Positions 1-9,799 are shown, counted from the stretch's first letter. The stretch is 45,182 nucleotides of DNA from Thermoproteus sp. (GCA_049976425.1 JBMFIG010000011.1:1-45182), one strand, 5' to 3'. Notes: a model not told the origin generated them from the sequence alone. Numbers and translations: made by a program.

Positions 1-1296
<1,296 letters not shown>

Positions 1297-1534
1297 CTTA
1301 AGCCGGGGCCTCAGGTCGGCACCTTTCGGAATCCAATGGATCTGTTTCCGTTGCAGTGTGGAGGGCCTAGTCGTGTACCCCAGATCTACAAGGTTTATAC
1401 CCTTTATTCGGATTAAGCTAACGCGTTCAAGACAAATATACTAGCAATATTAGTGTTGTCTGTGGCGGCTACATGCCTCTCATCTTCTGAGGCGGTTCTA
1501 GCGAATTCTGTTATAAACACCGCCAACTTTCTCC

Positions 1535-2245
1535 ATGCCGTACCACATAAAGGCGAATAGGGGCGACATTGCTGATACGGTCATCGGCGTCGGCGACCCG
1601 GCGAGGGCTCAGCTCTACGCGGAGGAGATAGGCGCTGAACTGGTCAACGCCAATAGGTACCCCGTCTACACCGGGAACTACAGAGGCATGCCCATAACTA
1701 TCGTGGCGCACGGGATAGGCGCTCCGTCCATAGCCATAGCCCTCGAGGAGCTCAAGATGCTCGGCATGAGGAGGTTCGTGAGGATAGGGACCGCCGGCGC
1801 CTTGGCCGATCTGAAGATAGGCGACGTGGTGGTGGCCTCGGCCGCCGCGGCCGCCCACGGCGGGGGCGTCCTCTCTGCGTATATGGGCGGCGCATGCCCG
1901 CCGCTGGCCCCCTCGCCTATCTTGACGGCGAAGCTCTACGAGGGGCTGAAGGGCCTCGGGGCCGTGCTGGGCCCGGTCGTGTCCAGCGACGCCTTCTACG
2001 CTGAGGCCGGCGCGGCAGATCTCTGGAGGTCTTGGGGCGCTGTTGCTGTGGAGATGGAGTGCGCGGCGGCTATGATGTTGGGCTGGCTCAGAGGCTTCGA
2101 GACCGCCTGCGTGTTGGTGGTGAGCAACGTGGTGGGCAGAGAGGAGACGGCCGATCTGCGCGATAGGTTCGTCGAGGTCTTCAAGAGAGTCCTAGAGGTC
2201 ATTTGGGGTTCTTACTCGTCATCGGTCGGGAGCGGCAGCCCTTGA
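1535..2245 (+). CDS. Purine/methylthioadenosine nucleoside phosphorylase (DeoD/PNP_UDP_1 type)
   Basis: MPYHI...GDPARA, HGIGAPS, RIGTAG, SSDAFY and VEMECA motifs. TATA TTATAAA at 1511-1517. Confidence 0.9.
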   Translation: MPYHIKANRGDIADTVIGVGDPARAQLYAEEIGAELVNANRYPVYTGNYRGMPITIVAHGIGAPSIAIALEELKMLGMRRFVRIGTAGALADLKIGDVVVASAAAAAHGGGVLSAYMGGACPPLAPSPILTAKLYEGLKGLGAVLGPVVSSDAFYAEAGAADLWRSWGAVAVEMECAAAMMLGWLRGFETACVLVVSNVVGREETADLRDRFVEVFKRVLEVIWGSYSSSVGSGSP

Positions 2246-2463
2246 ATCATCGACCTATACCTCCTCCCCATTAATAACGCTAACGCCGCCTCGACCTCCG
2301 ACAACATGGCCTCCACGCACTTGGAGCAGTACGCCGAGACGACCCCCCTATATATGCCCAGGTAGCCCACGTTGTCGGGACCCACGGCAGATCCGCAGGA
2401 TCTGCACCTCGGCCTTTTTAGTTTCAAGAAAATTTTCACCTCGGCCTCGTCCGCGTTAGTCAT
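2212..2463 (-). CDS. Small zinc-finger protein (CxxC...CxxC), hypothetical; alternative start at 2523
   Basis: CRSC...CSKC pair and typical codon usage. ATG at 2463 is preceded by GGGGGG. Convergent 34-nt overlap with the phosphorylase gene. Confidence 0.7.
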   Translation of the reverse strand: MTNADEAEVKIFLKLKRPRCRSCGSAVGPDNVGYLGIYRGVVSAYCSKCVEAMLSEVEAALALLMGRRYRSMIQGLPLPTDDE

Positions 2464-2565
2464 AGTCTCGCCCCCCGCCGAGATGTAGAAGATTAGTTTC
2501 GGCCTACTCCCCCCGACTCCCATGTTAGTTCTAAACATATAAAAGCAACTGACGCCGCCCCCTCC

Positions 2566-3411
2566 ATGGGGCTTCTCGCCGAGATGGCCGAGTACATGGC
2601 CGCGATGGGGCTCGGATACGTCGCGGGCAGATTCCTCGGGCTTAGGGTCCCATCCTTCGTGTTCACTGCGGTGGTCGTCGCCGTAATATTCTCGGCGTCG
2701 GCCGAAGGGGCGCGCGTCATAGTCGGCAACGCGGGCTATATCGTGGCCCTATCCCTCGGCTACGCGCTGTCCGCGGCGCTCGCCTCCTTGTTGCCCTTCG
2801 CCTTGCTGTCGCGGGGCCGCGGCGCCTCGCAAGCCGCCGGATCCAAGGTGTCGATCGTCGCCGTGTCTGCCCTCCTGGCCGGCATCGCCGTCGGCTACTT
2901 CTTCCAGGCGCCCTACGCCTCGGCAATAGGGCCCATACTCGTAGTGCTCCTCTTCCTGGCGGGGGCCGACATAGGCCGGCTGAGAGGGCTGGCGATAGGC
3001 CCGAGGCTTATAGCCGTGCCGCTCGCCTCGCTCGCGTCGAGCCTCGCCGTCGGCCTCGTCTTCTATCTGTGGCTAGGCGTCAGCCCGGCGGTGGCCGCCG
3101 GAATGGGGTGGTACAGCTTCACGGGGCCCTTTCTGCTCTCGGCGTCCGGCAACGCGGTTCTGGGCGCCCTGGGGTTCCTCGCCAACTTCTTCAGAGAACA
3201 GCTGACGTTTGTGCTGACGCCGCTCCTGGCGAGCCGTATACCTCCCGACGCGGCGCTTGCGGTGGGCGGCGCGACGACGATGGACAACACGTTGCCGCTG
3301 TACCGCTCCATATACGGCGCGGAGGCCGTGGTGCCGGCCGTGGTGAACGGCGTTGTGTTGACCGTGGCGGTGCCGATAGTGGTCCCCCTCGTGTACAAGC
3401 TATTTCCTTAG
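2566..3411 (+). CDS. LysO/YbjE (DUF340)-family membrane transporter
   Basis: Polytopic hydrophobic protein with GMGWYSFTG, LANFFRE and GGATTMDNTLP motifs. Confidence 0.8.
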   Translation: MGLLAEMAEYMAAMGLGYVAGRFLGLRVPSFVFTAVVVAVIFSASAEGARVIVGNAGYIVALSLGYALSAALASLLPFALLSRGRGASQAAGSKVSIVAVSALLAGIAVGYFFQAPYASAIGPILVVLLFLAGADIGRLRGLAIGPRLIAVPLASLASSLAVGLVFYLWLGVSPAVAAGMGWYSFTGPFLLSASGNAVLGALGFLANFFREQLTFVLTPLLASRIPPDAALAVGGATTMDNTLPLYRSIYGAEAVVPAVVNGVVLTVAVPIVVPLVYKLFP

Positions 3412-3969
3412 CCTATCGTTGCCCCAACGCCTTATGAAGTCGTGCTCCAGCCCCAACACGTCGAGTATCCTCCCGACGAAGAAGTCTATCAGCTCCTCCA
3501 AGGTCTTGGGCTTGTGGTAGAACGGAGGGGCCGCCGGCATGACCACCGCGCCGGCCGCCGTCGCCAGCTCCATGTTCCGTATGTGGACCAGGCTCAACGG
3601 CGACTCCCTCACGACGAGGACGAGCCTCCTCCTCTCCTTCAAGGCCACCTCGGCCGCCCTAGTGATGAGATTCGTCGTGAGCCCGTTCGCTATCGCGGCG
3701 AGCGTCTTGGTGGAGCAGGGGACCACCGCCACGGCATCTATCTTAAAACTGCCGGAGGCCGGCGGAGCCTCCAAGTCGTCCTCCTCCCAGTAGTAGTCGG
3801 CGAGGGATATCACGTAGTCCTTGTCCAAGCCGACCTCGTGCTTCACTATCTTCCACGCCGTCCGCGACACCGATAGGTGCACCTCGACGTTCAGCTTGCG
3901 GAGGTGCTCGAGGAGCCTCACCGCGTATACCGCGCCCGAGGCCCCGGTAACCCCCACGAAGATCCTCAT
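3400..3969 (-). CDS. ubiX: Flavin prenyltransferase UbiX
   Basis: MRIFVGVTGASG, PPASGS, PCSTKTLAAIA, LKERRRL, RESPL and PPFYHKP motifs. Start placed at ATG 3969. Confidence 0.93.
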   Translation of the reverse strand: MRIFVGVTGASGAVYAVRLLEHLRKLNVEVHLSVSRTAWKIVKHEVGLDKDYVISLADYYWEEDDLEAPPASGSFKIDAVAVVPCSTKTLAAIANGLTTNLITRAAEVALKERRRLVLVVRESPLSLVHIRNMELATAAGAVVMPAAPPFYHKPKTLEELIDFFVGRILDVLGLEHDFIRRWGNDRLRK

Positions 3970-4013
3970 GGCGTTTGATGCCTGCACTCTTAAATACATG
4001 GACCGGCTGTCTT

Positions 4014-4235
4014 GTGGGTAGGGTGGGGGAAAGGAGGAGGAAATACGGCGTGAGGAGGCTGGTCGTCGTCTCCGTCTACTTAACGGAGGAGCATATCAGA
4101 AACCTCGACGCGCTTGTGGAGCTGGGGCTTTTCAGAAGCCGGTCCGACGTCGTCGAGACGGCGCTGGAGGAGCTCCTCTACCGGTACAACGTCAGGATTG
4201 ATGACGAGGACATAGACGCGATCAGAGGAAGATAG
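4014..4235 (+). CDS. Ribbon-helix-helix (CopG/Arc/MetJ) DNA-binding protein
   Basis: VVVSVYLTEEHIRNLDALVELGLFRSRSDVVETALEELL fits the archaeal RHH pattern. GTG start at 4014 follows a TATA (CTTAAATA, about 3988-3996). Confidence 0.8.
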   Translation: MGRVGERRRKYGVRRLVVVSVYLTEEHIRNLDALVELGLFRSRSDVVETALEELLYRYNVRIDDEDIDAIRGR

Positions 4236-4236
4236 C

Positions 4237-4284
4237 TCAGCAGTGTCACCACCGCTCATCCTCGCCACACACCGTCGTCATCAC
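4237..4284 (-). ncRNA. Box C/D methylation-guide sRNA
   Basis: Minus strand reads GTGATGA (C) - CGACGGTGTGTG (12-nt guide) - GCGA (D') - GGATGA (C') - GCGGTGGTGACACTG (guide) - CTGA (D). It is intergenic and starts just after the hxlB stop, the usual archaeal layout. Confidence 0.8.
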
Positions 4285-4291
4285 TAGTAGC

Positions 4292-4900
4292 TCAAGGCAC
4301 CTCAATATTAGCGTGTCTCTTGGCCAAGTCGTGCTCGTTCTTGCCAAGCCGCCGCATCAAGTCGGCCACCACGGCGTCGAGGACAACCATCGCCGTGTCC
4401 TCGAACAACGTGCCGAGCGGCGAGAGGGGCTCGTGGAGGCCCAGTATCTGCCTGGCGAAGTAGTCGTCCATGACGGCAACCTTGGTTCTGCCAGGGACGA
4501 ATACTACTATGTCGGCGAGTTTGCCCAACGGCGAGTCGGGGTACGTGGTTATGGCCACCACGACGGCGCCCATCTTCTTGGCGGCCTCGGCGGCGGCCAC
4601 CACGATCTGGGTAGTCCCGCTGCCCGATATCGCGACAACTATATCGTCTTTGTCCACAGGGGGCGTTATGGTCTCGCCCAAGACGTACGAATGTATCCCG
4701 AGGTGGCGCAACCTCATGGCGAATCCCCTGGCGACGAGCCCGCTACGGCCCATGCCGACTACCAAAACAGCTCTCTCTTCCTTATATGCAGATACTAGGA
4801 GATCTGTAAATTTCTCTATACTATTTAAATCGAGTCTATTCAGAGAATATAGGATAAAATTTGCGATTTCTAGAAAAGCCGCTTTAAATGTCTCTGACAT
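4292..4900 (-). CDS. hxlB: 6-phospho-3-hexuloisomerase (SIS domain)
   Basis: VGMGRSGLVARGFAMRL, GETITP, ISGSGTT, PLGTLFED and the C-terminal RHANIE. Confidence 0.9.
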   Translation of the reverse strand: MSETFKAAFLEIANFILYSLNRLDLNSIEKFTDLLVSAYKEERAVLVVGMGRSGLVARGFAMRLRHLGIHSYVLGETITPPVDKDDIVVAISGSGTTQIVVAAAEAAKKMGAVVVAITTYPDSPLGKLADIVVFVPGRTKVAVMDDYFARQILGLHEPLSPLGTLFEDTAMVVLDAVVADLMRRLGKNEHDLAKRHANIEVP

Positions 4901-4929
4901 AACAGAATCAAAAATCTATTTTTTAAAGC

Positions 4930-5304
4930 CTATCTCCTCAGAGAGCGGTCGCCGCGGAATACCTCCACCCTCTGGGCGTTCAGCTCCTTAGCTATGTAGT
5001 TGAAAGCCGCCTCGGGGTCCGTGTTCCCGCAGGTGTAGACGTCGACCGTGGCGAAGCCGTGTTCGGGCCATGTATGTATCGATATATGGCTCTCCGCGAC
5101 TATGGCGAAGACGGTGAGGCCGCCGTTCGCGCCGAACTTGTATGTGTTCACCGAGACCAGCGTGGCGTTGGCTATCCTCGCGGCGTTTCTGACTATCTGT
5201 ATAAGCCGGGTCTCGTCTCGGAGGACCTCCCTATCGCAGTCGTAGAGGTTGCCGTAGACATGGCGGCCGATTACCACTGTCTCCACCCCGGCGTCCCCCC
5301 GCAT
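4930..5304 (-). CDS. speD: Pyruvoyl-dependent S-adenosylmethionine decarboxylase proenzyme (the crenarchaeal arginine-decarboxylase paralog cannot be excluded)
   Basis: GRHVYGNLYDC, self-cleavage motif AESHISIHTWPE, DVYTCG. Confidence 0.85.
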   Translation of the reverse strand: MRGDAGVETVVIGRHVYGNLYDCDREVLRDETRLIQIVRNAARIANATLVSVNTYKFGANGGLTVFAIVAESHISIHTWPEHGFATVDVYTCGNTDPEAAFNYIAKELNAQRVEVFRGDRSLRR

Positions 5305-5504
5305 GGAAGGGGGATGCTGGCGAGTATATAAAATTGACCCCTAGAAATACGCCGATAATCCCCGAATCTCGGCGCTCTTGATATAAATCACGACGGCCAG
5401 CGCGGGGAGAAGCCTCATCCATTGCGAGGCGCCCCAGACTCTGTTGGCCGTCTCGTCTAGCCTATCTATGTAAGTTTATATACCCCTTAGTCTGCCTTGG
5501 CCCG

Positions 5505-6632
5505 TCATCTCCTTTCCGCCAGCGGGATGTACCTCAGACCAACGGGGCCCACGTACTTCTCGGTGGGCCTTATCAGCCGGTTCCTCGCCCTATACTCCAA
5601 CACGTGGGCTATCCAGCCTGCGACCCGCGACATGGCGAAGGCGGGGAGGTTGAGGTCTGTAGGCAAGCCGAGGTACCTGAATATCACCGAGGCGTAGAGG
5701 TCCGTGTTTGCGAATATGCCTTTGCCCGAAAGCTTGGAGTGGACGTACTCCTCCAGCCGCCTCGCGACCTCGTAGGGCCTGGAGTCGCCGGACTCCTTGG
5801 CCAAGGCCTCCGCAAGCCGCCTCAAGACCTTGAGCCTCGGGTCGGGCCCCCTCTTGTATATCCTGTGGCCGAAGCCCGGGATCCTCCTGCCGGAGGCCAG
5901 GGCGGAGTCGACCCACCGCTCCACCATCTCCGGCGACCCAATCTCCTCTATCATCTTCGCCGCGTCTACGTTGGCCCCTCCGTGGAGAGGCCCCTTGAGG
6001 CTAGCCAGCGCGGCGGTCAAGGCCGCGTACATGTCGCTGAGGGTCGAGGCGACGGAGACGGCGGTGAAGGAGCTGTTGTTCATGCTGTGCTCGGCGTAGA
6101 CGACCATCATGACGTCCATAGCCCTTATCTGCAACGGTGTGGGCTCGCCGCCCCTCAGTACCTTGAGGAAGTACTCGGCCTGGCCGTCCGCCGGCGGGTC
6201 GACCACGTCGAGCCCCCGCCTTATTCTGTCCCAGTTGGCGGCTATGTAGGGCATTGCCGCCATTACCGCTAGGCCTCTCCTCAGCTCCGCCTCGCGCGAC
6301 CTGTCGGAGAGATCCTCGCCGAGAGCCATGGCGGATACGGCCGTCCTCAGTACGTCGATAGGCTCGGCGCTCCGCGGCGCCGACCTCATGACCGAGACGA
6401 CGTGGTCCGGCGGCCTCCTCATGGAGGCCAGCAACCGCTTGAACTCGGCCAGCTCGGAGGCCTTGGGAAGCCTGCCGTAGATCAGGAGATATGCGGTCTC
6501 CTCGAAGGTCGACCTCTCGGCCAGCTCCTCCAGGTCGTAGCCGCGGTAGTATATCTTGGAGTTCTCGACATCTATTAGGCATATCTCGCTCTCCTTGACC
6601 ACGACCCCCTCCAGGCCGGGCGAGTAGGCCAT
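5505..6632 (-). CDS. gltA: Citrate synthase (citrate/2-methylcitrate synthase family)
   Basis: YSPGLEGV, AEHSMNNS, LKGPLHGGAN, IPGFGHRIYK..DPR, NTDLY and SRVAGW motifs. Confidence 0.93.
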   Translation of the reverse strand: MAYSPGLEGVVVKESEICLIDVENSKIYYRGYDLEELAERSTFEETAYLLIYGRLPKASELAEFKRLLASMRRPPDHVVSVMRSAPRSAEPIDVLRTAVSAMALGEDLSDRSREAELRRGLAVMAAMPYIAANWDRIRRGLDVVDPPADGQAEYFLKVLRGGEPTPLQIRAMDVMMVVYAEHSMNNSSFTAVSVASTLSDMYAALTAALASLKGPLHGGANVDAAKMIEEIGSPEMVERWVDSALASGRRIPGFGHRIYKRGPDPRLKVLRRLAEALAKESGDSRPYEVARRLEEYVHSKLSGKGIFANTDLYASVIFRYLGLPTDLNLPAFAMSRVAGWIAHVLEYRARNRLIRPTEKYVGPVGLRYIPLAERR

Positions 6633-6779
6633 GGCGCCGCTCGGACGACCGGTTTTAACTATTGATGTAAATATCTAATACTATAGATGATGAGAATAGA
6701 CGAAAATAATAATTATATAATATGAACATTAAAGAGACGATAAAATGGTTTTATTTGTTGAAAAGGCCTTCCTCTAGAT

Positions 6780-6794
6780 TCGCATATTTTGCGA
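6780..6794. promoter_or_regulatory. 15-bp palindromic operator candidate TCGCA-TATTT-TGCGA
   Basis: Perfect 5-5-5 inverted repeat in the AT-rich divergent gltA/pncB intergenic region, 35 nt before the pncB start. Confidence 0.4.
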
Positions 6795-6828
6795 GTAAAA
6801 CACTAAACCGTAGACGAGACGTAGATCT

Positions 6829-8013
6829 ATGGCGAAATTCCACATAGCCACGCCGGAGGATATTACTGCCGGCAAGGCGACCGACATATACTTCATTCGC
6901 GCCGTCGAGGCGCTCAAGGCCGCCGGGCTCGAAGACGCCGTGGTGCGGGCGGAGTTCCACGTGGCGTCTCTGCCGAAGGGCTATAAGTGGGCCGTCTACG
7001 CAGGCCTCAAGGAGGCCCTCTACGCCTTGGAGGGGAAGCCCGTGACGGTATACTCCCTCCCCGAGGGCACTCTTTTCGGCGAGAACGAGCCGCTCATGGT
7101 CATAGAGGGGCGGTACGTCGACTTCGCCGTCTACGAGACGACGGTGCTGGGCATACTACGGCACTACAGCAGCATAGCCTCCAAGGCCGCGAGGGTCAAG
7201 AAGGCGGCGCGGGGCAAGACCTGCCTCTTCTTCGGCGCGAGGGTCCTCCATCCGGCCGTACAGCCCATGGCCGACAGGGCGGCGTATATAGGCGGATGCG
7301 ACGGGGTGTCGGGCGTCCTGGGGGCCGAGATGTTGGGCAAGAGGCCGTCGGGCACCATGCCGCACGCCTTGATGATAATCTTCAGGGCGCTCAAGGGCGA
7401 CCACACGCAGGCGTGGATCTGGTTCGACAAGACCGCCCCGCCGGACGTGCCGAGGGTAGTGCTCGCCGACACTTTCCTAGACGAGAGGGAGGAGTCCCTC
7501 ATCGCGGCTAGGCTGTTGGGCGGAAGGCTGTGGGGAGTCAGGCTGGACACGCCCGGTAGCAGGAGGGGCGACATGTTGAAGATAGCGAGGGAGGTCCGCT
7601 GGGCCCTCGACCTCGCCGGGTATAAGGACGTCAAGATAGTCGTAAGCGGAGGGCTCGACGAGGAGGAGGTGGCGAGGCTGGCGGAGGTCGCCGACGTCTT
7701 CGGGGTGGGGACCTCCATAGCCTTCCCGCCCAGCGTCGACATATCCATGGACATAGTGGAGGTCAAAGTCGGAGGGGAGTGGACGCCCATCACCAAGAGG
7801 GGCAAGCTGCCCGGCTTCAAACAGGTCTACGACTGCGGCGGCAGGCATATAGTGGCCCCCTGGCGCGACCCAGCGCCTAGATGCCCCGACGGATCTACGG
7901 CGAGGCCCTTGATGAGGAAGTACATGGAGGGGGGCAAGATAGTCGAGAGCATGCCCGACGAGGACGAGATAAGGCAGTACGTCTTAAAACAACTAGAGAA
8001 GGTAGAGCTTTAG
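6829..8013 (+). CDS. pncB: Nicotinate phosphoribosyltransferase
   Basis: ATDIYF, FFGARVLHP, GTMPHAL, VRLDTPGSRRG, SGGLDE and FGVGT motifs. Confidence 0.92.
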   Translation: MAKFHIATPEDITAGKATDIYFIRAVEALKAAGLEDAVVRAEFHVASLPKGYKWAVYAGLKEALYALEGKPVTVYSLPEGTLFGENEPLMVIEGRYVDFAVYETTVLGILRHYSSIASKAARVKKAARGKTCLFFGARVLHPAVQPMADRAAYIGGCDGVSGVLGAEMLGKRPSGTMPHALMIIFRALKGDHTQAWIWFDKTAPPDVPRVVLADTFLDEREESLIAARLLGGRLWGVRLDTPGSRRGDMLKIAREVRWALDLAGYKDVKIVVSGGLDEEEVARLAEVADVFGVGTSIAFPPSVDISMDIVEVKVGGEWTPITKRGKLPGFKQVYDCGGRHIVAPWRDPAPRCPDGSTARPLMRKYMEGGKIVESMPDEDEIRQYVLKQLEKVEL

Positions 8014-8033
8014 GGATTAGAAATACCGCTTGT

Positions 8034-9671
8034 TTAATCGGGCACACAGATAGGTGTGGTGGTGCCGCTAGATACACCGCTTATGCAAGTCCCCGGCACT
8101 TGAGGCCATATGACGACATCGGGAGACGTGCTTGCCGCTCCGGACGACTGGGGGACTATGTATATAGCCCAGTACACGCGGGCCCATATATTCTCGGTAG
8201 TGTAGTAGTAACAGATGCCGCCGTAAGGTGCAGGTGGTACAAAAGCAACTGTAGATGTATATACATAGTTATCGAAATCGATGGCGAAGACGGCGTTATA
8301 GGCATTCGACAGCGAGAAGCTCGGCAGAATTAGAGCCACTGGGGTTATGTCCTCGAAGGCGTTGGGGAACGGGTAGTTACTAGCCGACTGGCCTATATCA
8401 AACGTCCATGTAATGTTGGATACTTTGACAGTCACGTCGTTTACATAAATAGTAGTTGACTGGCTGTTAGAGCCGCCTATGCTCTCGCTCGCGCCGGGAG
8501 GCGACGCTATCTTGACAGAAAGATATGAGGTGGCGCCTTCTGGCCCTGGCGAGGTGCCGAAAGTTATGGTGTACGCGGAGGTGCTACTGGTTGGGGGCGG
8601 GTTCCATCCGTTCGGCGAAAAGGCGCTGTCCCCTATGTCGCCTACAAACGCGTTGGTTATCCCGTTTTGGTACATCTCGTAGCCGTAGTAGTAGTCTATC
8701 GCGCCTAGCTGTCTCACGACCTCCCCGCCGTTGTTGTACATGGTCGACGTCTCGTAATAGCTCTCATAGCCGATGACTTGCATAGGTAGGTAGTAGGTCG
8801 GGTTGTGGCCACTGAGGTACTCCTCCAATACCGTGTTGCCTATAGTTATACAAGTATCCCAATAGAAAGTTCCATTACCATCGGCGTAGGCTTGCACGCC
8901 CGCGGTGGATATGCCGACGAGCATCGGCGCGGCCCATATGAAGATTGAGTTCTTCCCCACGTAGGTGCCGGCTGAGGGGCTTGATAGCGTTGGGAAGGCT
9001 TGATATTCGGCGTAACAAGGATCCGCAGGATCGGAGATCGTCGCGGGATCCGCCCCGAGCCCCGCCAGGAGCTTGGGCAGTTGATCTAGGTATACCGGCC
9101 CTATGATCAAGCCCCTAGGCTTTATCCACTTAATGACGTAAAGGTCAGGCTTCTCCGACCCTACAGGTATGAGCGGCACCGCGAATAGGTACTCCGACAG
9201 GGCCGCCCTCTTGTCAGTACCGCCGTCTAGTACGACGTTGCGCGACGCCTCAGCCCAGGCGTAGCCGAGTAGGTACTCCGCCTCTGCCTCGTCGCTGGCG
9301 TTGCCGTATACAGCTATCAGATCGCCTCTAGCGATGGCCGACTCCAGATATCTAAGCGAGGATCTATTGGCCTTCAAGTAGGGCCAGTATATCAACACCA
9401 CGCTTCCGTTGGGGACAGCCGGCAGATCGCCGAGCTGGATCGCCTCAACCGATACATTGAGGCGCCGCGCCGCCACGTCGCCGAGCCAAGCCGGGCCGAC
9501 GACGTAGAGCCTCCCGATCGCTTGTTGCGCGCGTGTCGCCGGAGCTCCTCCGGCGGATGTCGCGCGCCCCGACGCCCCGAGCGGCGTAGACGCACTATTC
9601 GCGAGATACATATATAGAGCGAGAGCCAACATGAAGACAGCCGCCACGGCCGCGGGCTTTTTGGACGCCAT
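8034..9671 (-). CDS. Secreted or surface hypothetical protein (signal peptide, Ser/Thr/Tyr/Asn-rich beta-type C-terminal half)
   Basis: Long ORF (about 545 aa from ATG 9671). The N-terminal KK plus hydrophobic stretch looks like a signal peptide. Codon usage is visibly less GC-biased than its neighbours. No family recognised. Confidence 0.75.
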   Translation of the reverse strand: MASKKPAAVAAVFMLALALYMYLANSASTPLGASGRATSAGGAPATRAQQAIGRLYVVGPAWLGDVAARRLNVSVEAIQLGDLPAVPNGSVVLIYWPYLKANRSSLRYLESAIARGDLIAVYGNASDEAEAEYLLGYAWAEASRNVVLDGGTDKRAALSEYLFAVPLIPVGSEKPDLYVIKWIKPRGLIIGPVYLDQLPKLLAGLGADPATISDPADPCYAEYQAFPTLSSPSAGTYVGKNSIFIWAAPMLVGISTAGVQAYADGNGTFYWDTCITIGNTVLEEYLSGHNPTYYLPMQVIGYESYYETSTMYNNGGEVVRQLGAIDYYYGYEMYQNGITNAFVGDIGDSAFSPNGWNPPPTSSTSAYTITFGTSPGPEGATSYLSVKIASPPGASESIGGSNSQSTTIYVNDVTVKVSNITWTFDIGQSASNYPFPNAFEDITPVALILPSFSLSNAYNAVFAIDFDNYVYTSTVAFVPPAPYGGICYYYTTENIWARVYWAIYIVPQSSGAASTSPDVVIWPQVPGTCISGVSSGTTTPICVPD

Positions 9672-9799
9672 GAGGTCTTGTGAACACACTATTTTTACCT
9701 ACGCCTATTGCCGAAACGGCCCATAGGTCTCCGCCCACTTCGGCGGAAACATCAGCATCCAGAGTTCGCCGAGATTGTACAGAGCGTTCTGTCGCCGGC

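Noticed and set aside
1323-1349. Minus-strand GGAAACAGATCCATTGGATTCCGAAAG resembles a CRISPR repeat (GAAAG end, inner palindrome)
   Set aside because: Single copy with no spaced repeats and no cas operon.
6688-6740. ATGATGA box C-like word in the gltA/pncB intergenic region
   Set aside because: No CTGA box D at the right distance, and the would-be guides are nearly pure A/T.
9700-9760. Two adjacent hairpins (CCTAT..GCCG-AAA-CGGC..ATAGG and TCCGCC...GGCGGA)
   Set aside because: Short GC-rich stems with no boxes or clear promoter. Compatible with chance or a 3' UTR structure.
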